The notes beneath the pieces were generated by a model, which was not told the origin of the DNA, ran no database searches, and saw only the letters and a program-made list of their open reading frames with translations. This document shows, in pieces, positions 8,947 to 18,400 of a stretch of 64,000 nt of DNA (positions are counted from its first letter, which is position 1; every line of letters starts with the position of its first letter). The DNA is from a candidate division Kazan bacterium GW2011_GWA1_50_15 (GTDB lineage: Bacteria > Patescibacteriota > Kazan-3B-28). The stretch is from NCBI GenBank assembly GCA_001029795.1, contig CP011216.1:70903-134902 (forward strand). Direction: 5' to 3'. A program made the position numbers and the translations under genes.

Positions 8947-9552
8947 ATGACTGGTCGTACCTTGAGTAATTTCATTGTGTTTGAAGGGATGGATGGTTCA
9001 GGACAGGACACGCAGGCGGATCTGTTAGCGGATTGGTTCCATCAGCAGGGTAAAACGGTCTGGCGGACGAATGAGCCGACCGATACGCACATGGGGTTTA
9101 CTATCCGTAAGATCTTAAAAGGAGAACTACCTAAGCCGGATGCGCTAACATTTCAGCGGATGTATGTCGCAGACCGTAAACGGCATCTGACCGAGATCCG
9201 CCAACATCTTGATCTGGGAGTTAAGGTTGTCTGCGTAAGATATATCTATTCCACGCTAGTCTATGGAGTGGCGGATGGGGTATCTTACGAGCAACTACTC
9301 GAGATGAATGAGAACTTGCCTCGGCCCGAGGCAGCTTTCTATCTCGACTTGACTCCAGAATTGGCGATGGGGCGCTTATCACAGCGTACCAGCGAACGGG
9401 ATCTGTTCGAACGGAAAGAGTTTCTGGAGTTGGTGCATCAGCAGTTCCTGTTGATCGTGAGCAAGTTTCCAGAGCTTCGGCTCGTCGACGCTTCTGCCGA
9501 CAGAGCGGTTGTCCATCAGCGCGTACTCGAGACTGTCCTTGTCCCACAATGA
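8947..9552 (+). CDS. tmk: Thymidylate kinase
   Basis: FIVFEGMDGSG P-loop (canonical K replaced by Q), NEP, RYIYSTLVY. Confidence 0.9.
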   Translation: MTGRTLSNFIVFEGMDGSGQDTQADLLADWFHQQGKTVWRTNEPTDTHMGFTIRKILKGELPKPDALTFQRMYVADRKRHLTEIRQHLDLGVKVVCVRYIYSTLVYGVADGVSYEQLLEMNENLPRPEAAFYLDLTPELAMGRLSQRTSERDLFERKEFLELVHQQFLLIVSKFPELRLVDASADRAVVHQRVLETVLVPQ

Positions 9553-9578
9553 AAAACCGCCCTTTGGGCGGTTTTTTT
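9552..9578. terminator. Bidirectional terminator between tmk and thyX
   Basis: AAAAACCGCCC-TTT-GGGCGGTTTTTTT. Confidence 0.85.
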
Positions 9579-9584
9579 CTTGGG

Positions 9585-10385
9585 TTAAAGGTGCTTAGGG
9601 AAGGCCCACTGATACAAGCCGGCAACAGCCTTCTTGACACCACCGTGCAGTAGAAGTGGGCAGTGTTCTTCGACTATCTTGGCGATTTGTCCTATCACCA
9701 TGCGAATCTCGTACTCGGCGCCTTCGTTAGTGCGTGCGGCAATGATGTGGCGCATGGCTCGTAGGTTGGCAGAAAATCCGATTTCGTTAGCGATGCCGGT
9801 AGGGGCAACTCTGCGTATGGCCGAGGTAAGGCTCTTCTTTCGCGCGAAGTCGTGTTCGTCGATCTCAAAGATCTCGTATAGTTTCTCTATGCTTAGCAGA
9901 GCGTGCTCGGCAGCTTCAACGAATATCGCTAATGCTTCGGGGTTATTGCCTATCTCCGGCGGGATGTACATGCCGGTAATGTCGATACCGAGACGACAGT
10001 AGCGACCAGATTCTTGAGAGAATGCCACCCCATCCCGATGGCGGACCAGCTCGTGAGTAAGAACGCGCGAAACATCATGGAGGGCAAAATTAAAACACGC
10101 GTGTTCGAAGATTGACCCGTGACCCTCCTCAATGGTGCGAATGATGTTATCTTTGATCGAGCGGATCTTTTTGACATTCGCATTCTTGCCAAGTGAGAGG
10201 GAACGATAACACAACTTGGCAAAGAAGCTGGAGATAAGCTCGTTGTCACCCAAGCCTTGGGTGCGGGCTTCGGCGATTACCTCCAGGAATTCTTGGTTGC
10301 CAGTCTCTTTGAGGTACGCTTCCAGACCCGGCACATTAATGCCAGTCTGTCCCACCAGAAACACCTGGGGCTTGGCTATTTTCAT
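9585..10385 (-). CDS. thyX: FAD-dependent thymidylate synthase
   Basis: GHGSIFEH, ELVRHR...FSQESGRY, AEYEIR. Confidence 0.95.
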   Translation of the reverse strand: MKIAKPQVFLVGQTGINVPGLEAYLKETGNQEFLEVIAEARTQGLGDNELISSFFAKLCYRSLSLGKNANVKKIRSIKDNIIRTIEEGHGSIFEHACFNFALHDVSRVLTHELVRHRDGVAFSQESGRYCRLGIDITGMYIPPEIGNNPEALAIFVEAAEHALLSIEKLYEIFEIDEHDFARKKSLTSAIRRVAPTGIANEIGFSANLRAMRHIIAARTNEGAEYEIRMVIGQIAKIVEEHCPLLLHGGVKKAVAGLYQWAFPKHL

Positions 10386-10505
10386 GGTCGGCTAACTCCT
10401 TATTGGTAAGATTACAGCCCAGATTGTGATTTGGGCAACATGTCGTTATATCATGTGGGGTTGACACCCCTCGCCGGCTCCGCTACTATGGGCAGGTATC
10501 CTTTT

Positions 10506-10552
10506 TAAGACAGCAGGTCCGTCAGAGCTGACGGATAAGTCCTGCCGAGAAG
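10506..10552 (+). promoter_or_regulatory. L10 leader (rplJ autoregulatory RNA)
   Basis: AAGACAGCAGG...TAAGT-CCTGCCGAG pattern typical of the L10 leader, upstream of rplJ. Confidence 0.75.
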
Positions 10553-10595
10553 GGCAATTGGCATCTAGGGGCTAGCATCTAGCATCTAGGAGCAG

Positions 10596-10659
10596 GTTGT
10601 TCCGTCTCGGAGGAGACGGATTTTTATAAGTTTAGATCCTGAAACGAGTTCAGGATGAC
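10596..10659. repeat. REPIN-like palindrome, family 3
   Basis: AGATCCTGAAACGAGTTCAGGATGAC preceded by a degenerate GTTGTTCC...GGA partner. Confidence 0.65.
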
Positions 10660-10675
10660 AAAGGGAGAAGACGAT

Positions 10676-11200
10676 ATGCCAAAGACTAAGGAACAAAAAG
10701 GGGCGGTTATCGACAAACTTACTTCTGAACTGAAGGGAACTGAGTTTGGCGTACTGACTGACTTCCAAGGTCTTTCGATGTCTAATTTGGACGACTTCCG
10801 GAAGAAGGCTCGGGAGCAGGGAGTGAAGTACACTGCGGTAAAATCATCCTTGTTTGATATCGCCGCCAAACATGCCGGCTTGAGCGGTGTGCAGACGGCA
10901 AAGACAGGCAAGAGCTACGCCCTGGCTTATGGTGGGCAGGACGAGGTGAGTATCGCTAAATTGGTGCATCAGTTTGCCAAAGGTAGTGACAATAAAGTTC
11001 ATATCGCACTAGGGATCGTTAATGGTGAGGTAGTGCCGGCTGAGACCGTGACCCAACTTGCGCTGTTGCCGTCGCAGAAGGAGCTGTTGGCTCGAGTGGT
11101 AGGCAGTTTGAATGCGCCAGCCAGCAACTTTGTCTATGCGCTGAATTGGAATTTGCAATCTTTCTACAATGTTATAAAAGCTATACAGGCTAAAGGTTAA
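10676..11200 (+). CDS. rplJ: 50S ribosomal protein L10
   Basis: DFQGL, LALLPS..ELLARVVGSLNAP; precedes rplL. Confidence 0.95.
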   Translation: MPKTKEQKGAVIDKLTSELKGTEFGVLTDFQGLSMSNLDDFRKKAREQGVKYTAVKSSLFDIAAKHAGLSGVQTAKTGKSYALAYGGQDEVSIAKLVHQFAKGSDNKVHIALGIVNGEVVPAETVTQLALLPSQKELLARVVGSLNAPASNFVYALNWNLQSFYNVIKAIQAKG

Positions 11201-11209
11201 GGAGTGATT

Positions 11210-11740
11210 ATGGCAGACGAACAAAACGTCAACCCAGAAGAGCAGGCCCCAGAAGTTGCGGAAGCGACCGTTGAGGCGTCTGCTGAAGCGGCTCCGGCCG
11301 CGGTGGAGGAGAAGCCGGCTGAGCCGGCCAAGGAGGAGAAAAAGGTCGATGAAAGTATGTTGTCCGCTAACGCAAAGAAAGTAGTGGACATGGTTAGTGA
11401 TATGAAGGCGCTGGAGCTAGCCGAGCTAGTTAAGGTACTGGAGGATAAGTTTGGAGTTAGCGCTGCGCCGGTGGCTGTGGCTGCCGCGGGCGGAGCTGCC
11501 GCCGCCATCGTCTCCGCGGAAGAGAAGAGCGCCTACGATGTGGTGCTGACCGATGCTGGTTCTAACAAGATCGGTGTCATTAAGGCTGTGCGGGAAGTCG
11601 TGCCGGAGCTGGGTCTGAAGGAAGCTAAGGACTTAGTTGAGGCCGCGCCGAAGACGGTAAAGGAAGGCGTGAAGAAAGAACAGGCCGAAGAGATGAAGAA
11701 GAAGTTGGAAGAGGCGGGGGCAAAAGTAAGTTTACAATAA
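11210..11740 (+). CDS. rplL: 50S ribosomal protein L7/L12 with acidic N-terminal extension
   Basis: [36 protein letters not shown]. Confidence 0.97.
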   Translation: MADEQNVNPEEQAPEVAEATVEASAEAAPAAVEEKPAEPAKEEKKVDESMLSANAKKVVDMVSDMKALELAELVKVLEDKFGVSAAPVAVAAAGGAAAAIVSAEEKSAYDVVLTDAGSNKIGVIKAVREVVPELGLKEAKDLVEAAPKTVKEGVKKEQAEEMKKKLEEAGAKVSLQ

Positions 11741-11944
11741 GCGCCCGCGCGGCGCTTAACCCGCGGTTACTTTCGTCTTGGCGAAAGTAACCAAAGCCGT
11801 TCCCCCGTTCACAAACTGTTAACCAAAATAGAAAATCGTCCTTTCTGGACTTAACGCGAACTTTTCCGGCAGACCGGAATTCGAACAGCGCTATCCAGAC
11901 CGGGCGATTTTCTAACTGGTTGACACAGTTTGCTCAAGGGGGAG
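11738..11944 (+). repeat. Structured element, family 1, copy B
   Basis: P1 TAAGCGC/GCGCTTA begins at the rplL stop; pseudoknot CGCG/CGCG; GTTACTTT hairpin; long stem. Confidence 0.8.
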
Positions 11945-11961
11945 TGATAGAATGCGGAAGT

Positions 11962-13068
11962 ATGGAATTTAGGATTTTAGCTACTGACGGGCGGGCGAGG
12001 GCAGGGGAGCTAATCACGGACCATGGAGTTGTCCCCACGCCGACCATTACTTTAAATTACACTCGCGCTTTGGAGAAGTGGGGGTTTAAGCCGGAAGATA
12101 TTACCACAGCGCGGGATGTGATACTGCTCAGGAATACTTTTTGGATGCGGGAGGCGGGGGCGACTGATGTACGGGAGGGGGTGGATTGGCCGGGGCCGGT
12201 GATGGCCGATTCTGGCGGATTTCAGATGGTCAGTTTAGGCCGTCATGTGCGGCAGACACTGCGAGGGATAGGTTTGGCGGTGAAGGGCAAACAAAGTTTT
12301 ATTACGCCGCGTGAAGTGGTGGAGTGGGGGAGGGGCGCCAACGTTGATTTGATCATGCCGCTGGACAACACCGTTTACACGATGGACAAAAATCCGCTGA
12401 AATTTGTTTGGTCAGCGATCATGACGGCCGTGTGGTTTAAGCGGTCACGCGGTATTGCCGATGACAAACTTTATTACATTGTGCAGGGTGGGCTGAATAA
12501 GTTGGCAAGACAAATAAGTCTGTGGGACGCTCGGCGGCAATTACGAGGGAAAATTCTCACCGCCAATGGCGGGACCCCGCAAAATGCGGTGGCGGCAGTA
12601 GCCATCGGGGGATTGGCTTGGGATGAACCGCGGTCAGCCATGTATAAAATGGTGGAGTTTTGCGTGTCACGGTTACCAGATGATAAACCACGGCATTTGC
12701 TAGGCGTCTGTAAGCCAATCGATATTTTGGAGTGCATTGAACGGGGAATAGATAGTTTTGACGGCATCGCCGCCACTCGCGAGGGGCGGCACGGTCGGGT
12801 GTGGTTATGGGGTGGCCAATATTTTGATATTAATAATGCGCGCTATGCCACTGATAAAACGGGGCTGGATAGCCAATGCAACTGTCCGGTCTGCCGGAGC
12901 GGGGTGAGCCGGGCCGACATTCGAGCTCGGTTTAAGGCCGGGGATAGGGAGGTGATGCGGCAACTGATGGCCCACAACTGGCATCAGAATTATCGCTTAA
13001 TTAGTACGGCGCGGCAGGCGATTTTGGAGGGGCGGTTTCAAGAGCTTAAAACTAGCTGGCGGGGTTGA
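11962..13068 (+). CDS. tgt: tRNA-guanine transglycosylase family protein (divergent)
   Basis: ARAG..TDHG, DSGGFQ, IVQGG, PRHLLG, CNCPVC...HN zinc site. Confidence 0.85.
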   Translation: MEFRILATDGRARAGELITDHGVVPTPTITLNYTRALEKWGFKPEDITTARDVILLRNTFWMREAGATDVREGVDWPGPVMADSGGFQMVSLGRHVRQTLRGIGLAVKGKQSFITPREVVEWGRGANVDLIMPLDNTVYTMDKNPLKFVWSAIMTAVWFKRSRGIADDKLYYIVQGGLNKLARQISLWDARRQLRGKILTANGGTPQNAVAAVAIGGLAWDEPRSAMYKMVEFCVSRLPDDKPRHLLGVCKPIDILECIERGIDSFDGIAATREGRHGRVWLWGGQYFDINNARYATDKTGLDSQCNCPVCRSGVSRADIRARFKAGDREVMRQLMAHNWHQNYRLISTARQAILEGRFQELKTSWRG

Positions 13069-13132
13069 CTGGAAGCGGGTTTTTTGCTTTACTGGGGGCG
13101 CTTTTGTAATCTTTACAACCAGAGGTGATGGA

Positions 13133-13561
13133 TTGAAACAACATCTAGACAGATGGATTGGCGGAGTGATCGTCTCCGCGGTTCTCATCACGATCTTGGC
13201 GTTGATTCTATGGCCTATTTTCACCGGCTACTCAGCGCCATCAGGCGTTTGGTTAAATGGTCAGAAGCTGATGGCGATGGCGGGGGATGAGCCAATCAGC
13301 CTGACTCGAGTCGATGAGTACAACTTGGTCGCTGATCGTGATTGGGATATCGTGATTTACGATCATCCACATCCGACTGAGCTGGCAGTCATGGGTTGCG
13401 CCTTGGGCGACCCTATCCCGTTGTATTTGATTCAGCCGGAGGCGGCAGAAACCGATGCTATGGCGATTACGTTCCATGTTGCTATCCCAACTCAGCCTGA
13501 TACCAGGTTTGTGTTGCTGTCAGTTGGAGGCGAGCACTACGTGATGTTCTTGAAGGATTAA
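13133..13561 (+). CDS. Hypothetical single-TM protein
   Basis: N-terminal hydrophobic helix; SD GAGGTG. Confidence 0.65.
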   Translation: MKQHLDRWIGGVIVSAVLITILALILWPIFTGYSAPSGVWLNGQKLMAMAGDEPISLTRVDEYNLVADRDWDIVIYDHPHPTELAVMGCALGDPIPLYLIQPEAAETDAMAITFHVAIPTQPDTRFVLLSVGGEHYVMFLKD

Positions 13562-13605
13562 GGATTGATGTACGATCGGTGGATACCGATAAGGAGGTTG
13601 TACTG

Positions 13606-14142
13606 ATGTTGAAAAATCCGACGATGTGGTTCCTGATCGGGGCCATCATTATCATCGCGCTGTTGGCTAACTGGATGGGGCTTTTGCCCAAGATTAATTT
13701 GGTGCCAGCCCAGCCCAGCCTGGCGACAAGCAACAACTACATACCACCGGCTGCGCCGGCAACGGCATCGTCATCAAACAGCCAAGGATTCTTTGTCGGA
13801 AGTGAGCGCGGCAAAGCGCTGCTCCCCACTGCCAAGGACGGCAAGGCTCGATTGCAGGGCGAGTTCACCGAGTTCTGGGGCAAGCCAGAAGCAGAGATTA
13901 ATATCGTTGCCAGAGAGTTTGATGTGTTTGCACGACCGGCCGTATCGTTGGGGATGATCTTCGGGGTACGTGAGATAGAATTCTTTCCCCTGGATAGATC
14001 TAGCGGCACTACCAACTTCGTTCAGTATCTTGGCGACACCAAGCAAGGGAGCGCCCAATTCCACGTGAGTTTGTCGCCCGGGAAGTATTTGCTACGCAAC
14101 TACTATGATCCCAATTCCTTCTTTCTCTTAGAAGTCAGTTAA
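13606..14142 (+). CDS. Hypothetical single-TM protein
   Basis: SD AAGGAGG; N-terminal TM; terminator follows. Confidence 0.7.
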   Translation: MLKNPTMWFLIGAIIIIALLANWMGLLPKINLVPAQPSLATSNNYIPPAAPATASSSNSQGFFVGSERGKALLPTAKDGKARLQGEFTEFWGKPEAEINIVAREFDVFARPAVSLGMIFGVREIEFFPLDRSSGTTNFVQYLGDTKQGSAQFHVSLSPGKYLLRNYYDPNSFFLLEVS

Positions 14143-14144
14143 CG

Positions 14145-14168
14145 GCGGGCCGCAAGGCCCGCTTTTTT
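14145..14168 (+). terminator. Intrinsic terminator
   Basis: GCGGGCC-GCAA-GGCCCGC followed by T6. Confidence 0.85.
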
Positions 14169-14251
14169 ATTGACTAGGAGCAGCTTTGGGGCTTTACTAG
14201 AGGCACATCCTGCCCTCGCGGGATGAAACTTAACAAGGGAGGTATGGCGAG

Positions 14252-15238
14252 ATGCGGTCAACGACACTTAGTAGTCTGGTCATGCTAGGGATTCTGGTTA
14301 TTGTCGCCATGAGTGTTCCTCATATCCTATTGGTGATACAGCAAGGTTCTCCAATGGGTATTCAGGATGTTACCTATGTCGGGACCAGCGGTAAATTACA
14401 GAACTCGTGGGCGGCAGGGGACGAGATATCCGTTACCATCAATCTGGGGGCAATCAACGAATTGTGTTACCTAGAGCCGCGAGTGGAGCAATTTAGCCAC
14501 GGAGGGTCAGTGTATTTTTTGAATGATATGTCAGTTGAGCCGATGGCTCCCAGTTACATCTGGCCCAAGACGCGAAGCGTGACCATCACGGGGGTAATCC
14601 CGCCCAATTTGTTCGACGACGGAACAAACCTCCATTTAATGGTGGCCGGCTGGGGAGGATATGTCCCGATTGAGATTTGCGATATTGATCAGGGCCCCAA
14701 TCACTTACAACCCTGCGGCTCCTGTCGCCAAAAGGGCCACCATCTAGTACGTGCGACAGAAGACTCTCGATGGCTGGAGATCGGAACCTATCGTGCTAGC
14801 GCAGATCTAGACCAGGCTCAACCCAGCTGGCCAAGCGGGCTGAAATTGAATTACCAGGAACCGGCGCTCTACTTGGGGGGTAACTTCTCTCGGCCCCTGC
14901 CGTTCGTGGATGAGTCGCAGTGGGGTAGACATGGTTTAACTCCCATCCGTGCAAGTGACGCGCATCTAAACCTATGGGCGTATCCTTTCCCGCAAATCGC
15001 CAGATGGGGCTATGTCGACGCAATGACGGGCGAGGGGGTGGGTCGGGACGATCACTTGGGGAATCTGTTTGATGCGGAGCATTTCCCTATGTCAGTCAAA
15101 GAAGATGGAGTTTGTTGGCAGAATTTGGACATTCCTGCCCCTTCGCCAGGTATGCTAATCGTGATATATCTTGGTTGGCCCAATTGGGCGGATGGAGAAC
15201 CGTTGGCGATGCGCTTGTATTGTCTCGATCGCCGCTAG
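14252..15238 (+). CDS. Hypothetical membrane-anchored protein
   Basis: SD GGGAGG; N-terminal TM; own promoter-like motif and terminator (~15268-15301). Confidence 0.7.
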   Translation: MRSTTLSSLVMLGILVIVAMSVPHILLVIQQGSPMGIQDVTYVGTSGKLQNSWAAGDEISVTINLGAINELCYLEPRVEQFSHGGSVYFLNDMSVEPMAPSYIWPKTRSVTITGVIPPNLFDDGTNLHLMVAGWGGYVPIEICDIDQGPNHLQPCGSCRQKGHHLVRATEDSRWLEIGTYRASADLDQAQPSWPSGLKLNYQEPALYLGGNFSRPLPFVDESQWGRHGLTPIRASDAHLNLWAYPFPQIARWGYVDAMTGEGVGRDDHLGNLFDAEHFPMSVKEDGVCWQNLDIPAPSPGMLIVIYLGWPNWADGEPLAMRLYCLDRR

Positions 15239-15407
15239 GGTTAATCTTAGCTCGAGAGTTAAGTCTAGGCGGTCCTACTGTGTAGTAAGGACCGCTTTTT
15301 TCTTGCCTACTTGATTTTTTTGGTGTTTGTGGTATGATTTTTACGCTTCCAGAGCGGGTTTTTCTATAGGGGGCTACAAGGGGCTATATCTGTAGGATAA
15401 TCAAAGT

Positions 15408-18400
15408 ATGGAGAGTTTACATGGGGGCAGACCGGGGTTTGTTTCGCAGGAGGATGCGGGGAGACCGTCAACGCAAGATGGCGGGGTTTTGGATATCCAA
15501 CGGAAGATAGAGGCCCTGCAAGCGGCCGAAATAAAACAGCTATCAAACGGCGAGGCGGTTGCCGGTGAGTCCGAGCCACCTTACGAGGTAATCCCAGACC
15601 AAGAGAGGGCAGAGATAGAAGCCATCGGGCGGGCAGCGGCTACCGTCGAGACCAGAGAACGCAACTGGCGGGAGTTACAAGGGACCTCTTTGCGCGCCGA
15701 ATTGGCCCGGGCTGAACAAGCTTATTTGATGGGGAAAGCCATCCCAGAGTATTTGCTCCAGAATCCAGAATCTAAACCTTGGGTAGAAGAAGCTGGTTTT
15801 GTAGTGTTGGATTTGACCCCATTTACTGGGCTGGCCGAGGCCGAGATGCGGGAGGAAGGAAAAGGTCAGGGGGGTAAAGGAGCCCAACGAGTTAATAATT
15901 TGATCCGTAGCGTGTTCGGTTTGATCGATATTAAAGCTCGACCGGCAGGAGGGGAGGTGGTGGGGTTCGCTGGTGACGAAGTGAATTATGTTTTTCGCGG
16001 ATCCGGATACAAAGAGCGAATGCTACACTTTGCTTCCCAGGTACGTGAGGCGATGCAAGAGCGCAAGGATGTGCAGATCAGTGGTGGTGTGGCCGCCGGT
16101 CCGGTGCTGTTTGGCTATTTGGAAATTAGTGATAAGCGGAATTTACCCATTGTGTTGGGGGAGACGGTGGTCCGGGCCAAAAAGTTGCAAGGTAATGCCA
16201 CGGCCGGTGATATTTATGTGGCGGATAATTTATTACCACTGCTGCCAGAGGAAGCCAAAATAGCTCGCGGTAGCGGAGTGGCGCTGGAGTATTATCAGAA
16301 TTATGAGGTCGTGGGTGAGTATTACGATGAGCAGCGCAAGCATGAAGCTGAAGAGACCAGCAGGGGTCGGACCAGCTTTGCCGAGATCGAGCGGCGGGCC
16401 AAATTCTTGCATCCCAGTTTGAATTTCGATCTCAGGAGCGAAGGGCTCAAGCGTCATCTATTCGACGCAGAGCGAAAATCCGCCTCGCTCGTGTTTGCCC
16501 GGTTGCATAATTTCCGTGAGATGCAGGCCCAGATCTTAGAAGAAGTAGCTGCCGGGGAGATATCAACCACATTGCAGAAATTAGAGCAATTTCTGGGGCA
16601 GGTGAATCAATTGGCGCACAAGCATCATATGTTACTGGAGAAATTCGTGCCGGATGATAAACCGAAGATAGTGCTTTTTGGCCAACGTACCCCACCGGCC
16701 GCACGGGCGATGAAAACATCTTTTGGTATCCTCGACATTGCCGACCGTATGGGGTTGGATATTAGTATTGGGATTAGCTCTGGCAAGGTCTATCGGGGGA
16801 TGACGGGGGTGGTAGCCGAGGTGCATGGCAGTTTGCCACCTGAAGAAACCAAAGAGGAGTTGGGCTTTATTGGAGATGCTGCGAATGTTGCGGCCCACTT
16901 TGCCAGCGAAACGCCAGTCGGTCGGATCCGTACTGATCGCTATACCATACTTGATGCTGAGGATACTCTACGCATTGAAGCCGAGGAAGTCCCTGGGGGC
17001 CAGGTATTAAAGAGCCGCCGTGGGCATGGTCACCCCTATGAGATCAAGCGAGTGGAAAGCTTTGGGGAAACTCTGGAACATACCAGTGGAGCCCGATTAG
17101 TTGGGCGCAACGCACAAGTAGAACTTATTAATCGCACTATCGATGAGGCCATCCGCGAGAAATGCCAACGGGTTGTGGTGGTCTCGGCCGAGGCAGGAGA
17201 GGGCAAGTCGCTTTTAACTGACACGATCATTACCGAGCGCTATCTCGAGCGTCACCCCCGGCGTGACAATGTCGAGGCGTTCAAGGGTAAAAGCTATAGT
17301 GATAGCGAGAATACTGCCTATCAACTATGGCGGGGGGTGGCTCGTAAGTTATTTAATGTCGAGGACAAAGATACTCCTGCCGAAGTGTTAGTCAGGATAG
17401 AATCTGAACTGACAAAGTTAGATCCAAACTACACTCAATACGCTCAGTTGATGGCGGAGAGCTTTCGTCTGGCTAAGGTTGAGGTAGAAGATAGCCAGCG
17501 TTTCCCGGGCTTTGTCGGAAAAGCGGCGGAGATATTTAGCCGGATGCTGGACGAGCGGTCCAAAGACAAACCAGTGCTGGTAGTGTTTGAAGATATCCAT
17601 TGGGCGGATCATCCTTCGCTGGAGTTGCTGAAGTATGTTCTAGTGCAAACCAAAGACAGCCGGGTGGTTTACGACTTGGTCATGCGGCCGCACGCGGAAA
17701 AACTGAAATTCTTGCGGATCGATCCAGAGCGGCGGGTTGATATCGAACTGGGGCCACTAGAGAAAAAAGATTGGGCAAATTTCATCTTGGCGCATTTCTA
17801 TATAAAGGGGATGAGGGAGCTGGCCGAGCATGAGTTGGCCGGAGATACGAGTTGGAGGAGCGATTTCCAGAGTGAGACCTACAAACGCATCCGTGCCAAT
17901 GAGCGATTGCGCGATATGACATTTAAGCTTTCGGACGGGAATCCTTTCCAAGGCCGGGCCAGTTTGAAAGGGCTGACTTATTATCATGAGGTTTATCCCG
18001 ATCGGGTAAACCCCAAGACGAAAGAACCATATCGGTTCCTAGTGCCCTATGGCAGTAACGAGTATCGGATCCGGGACTATATTGACGAAGCTACAGTCAA
18101 AGAATTAAGCGAAGGGACCGGCGAGGGTCTACGCGACGCGTTTCGGTCTCTGCCTAAGCGGGCGCAGCAGGTGTTCAAATTCGCAGCATATCTGGGACGG
18201 GATTTTTCCCTAGCGGATGTGGCGGAGCTGGGGGAAATGAGCTACGAACAACTTGGCGAATATATGGAGTTGGGCAGGCGGCGCAACCTGATCGAGGATA
18301 GGGATGAGCTGACTCGTGAAGAGCTATCATTCACTCACGAACGCATTTGGGAGGCCGTTCACAACATTACGGCCGATATTTTGGTAAGCGTAGCCGGCCG

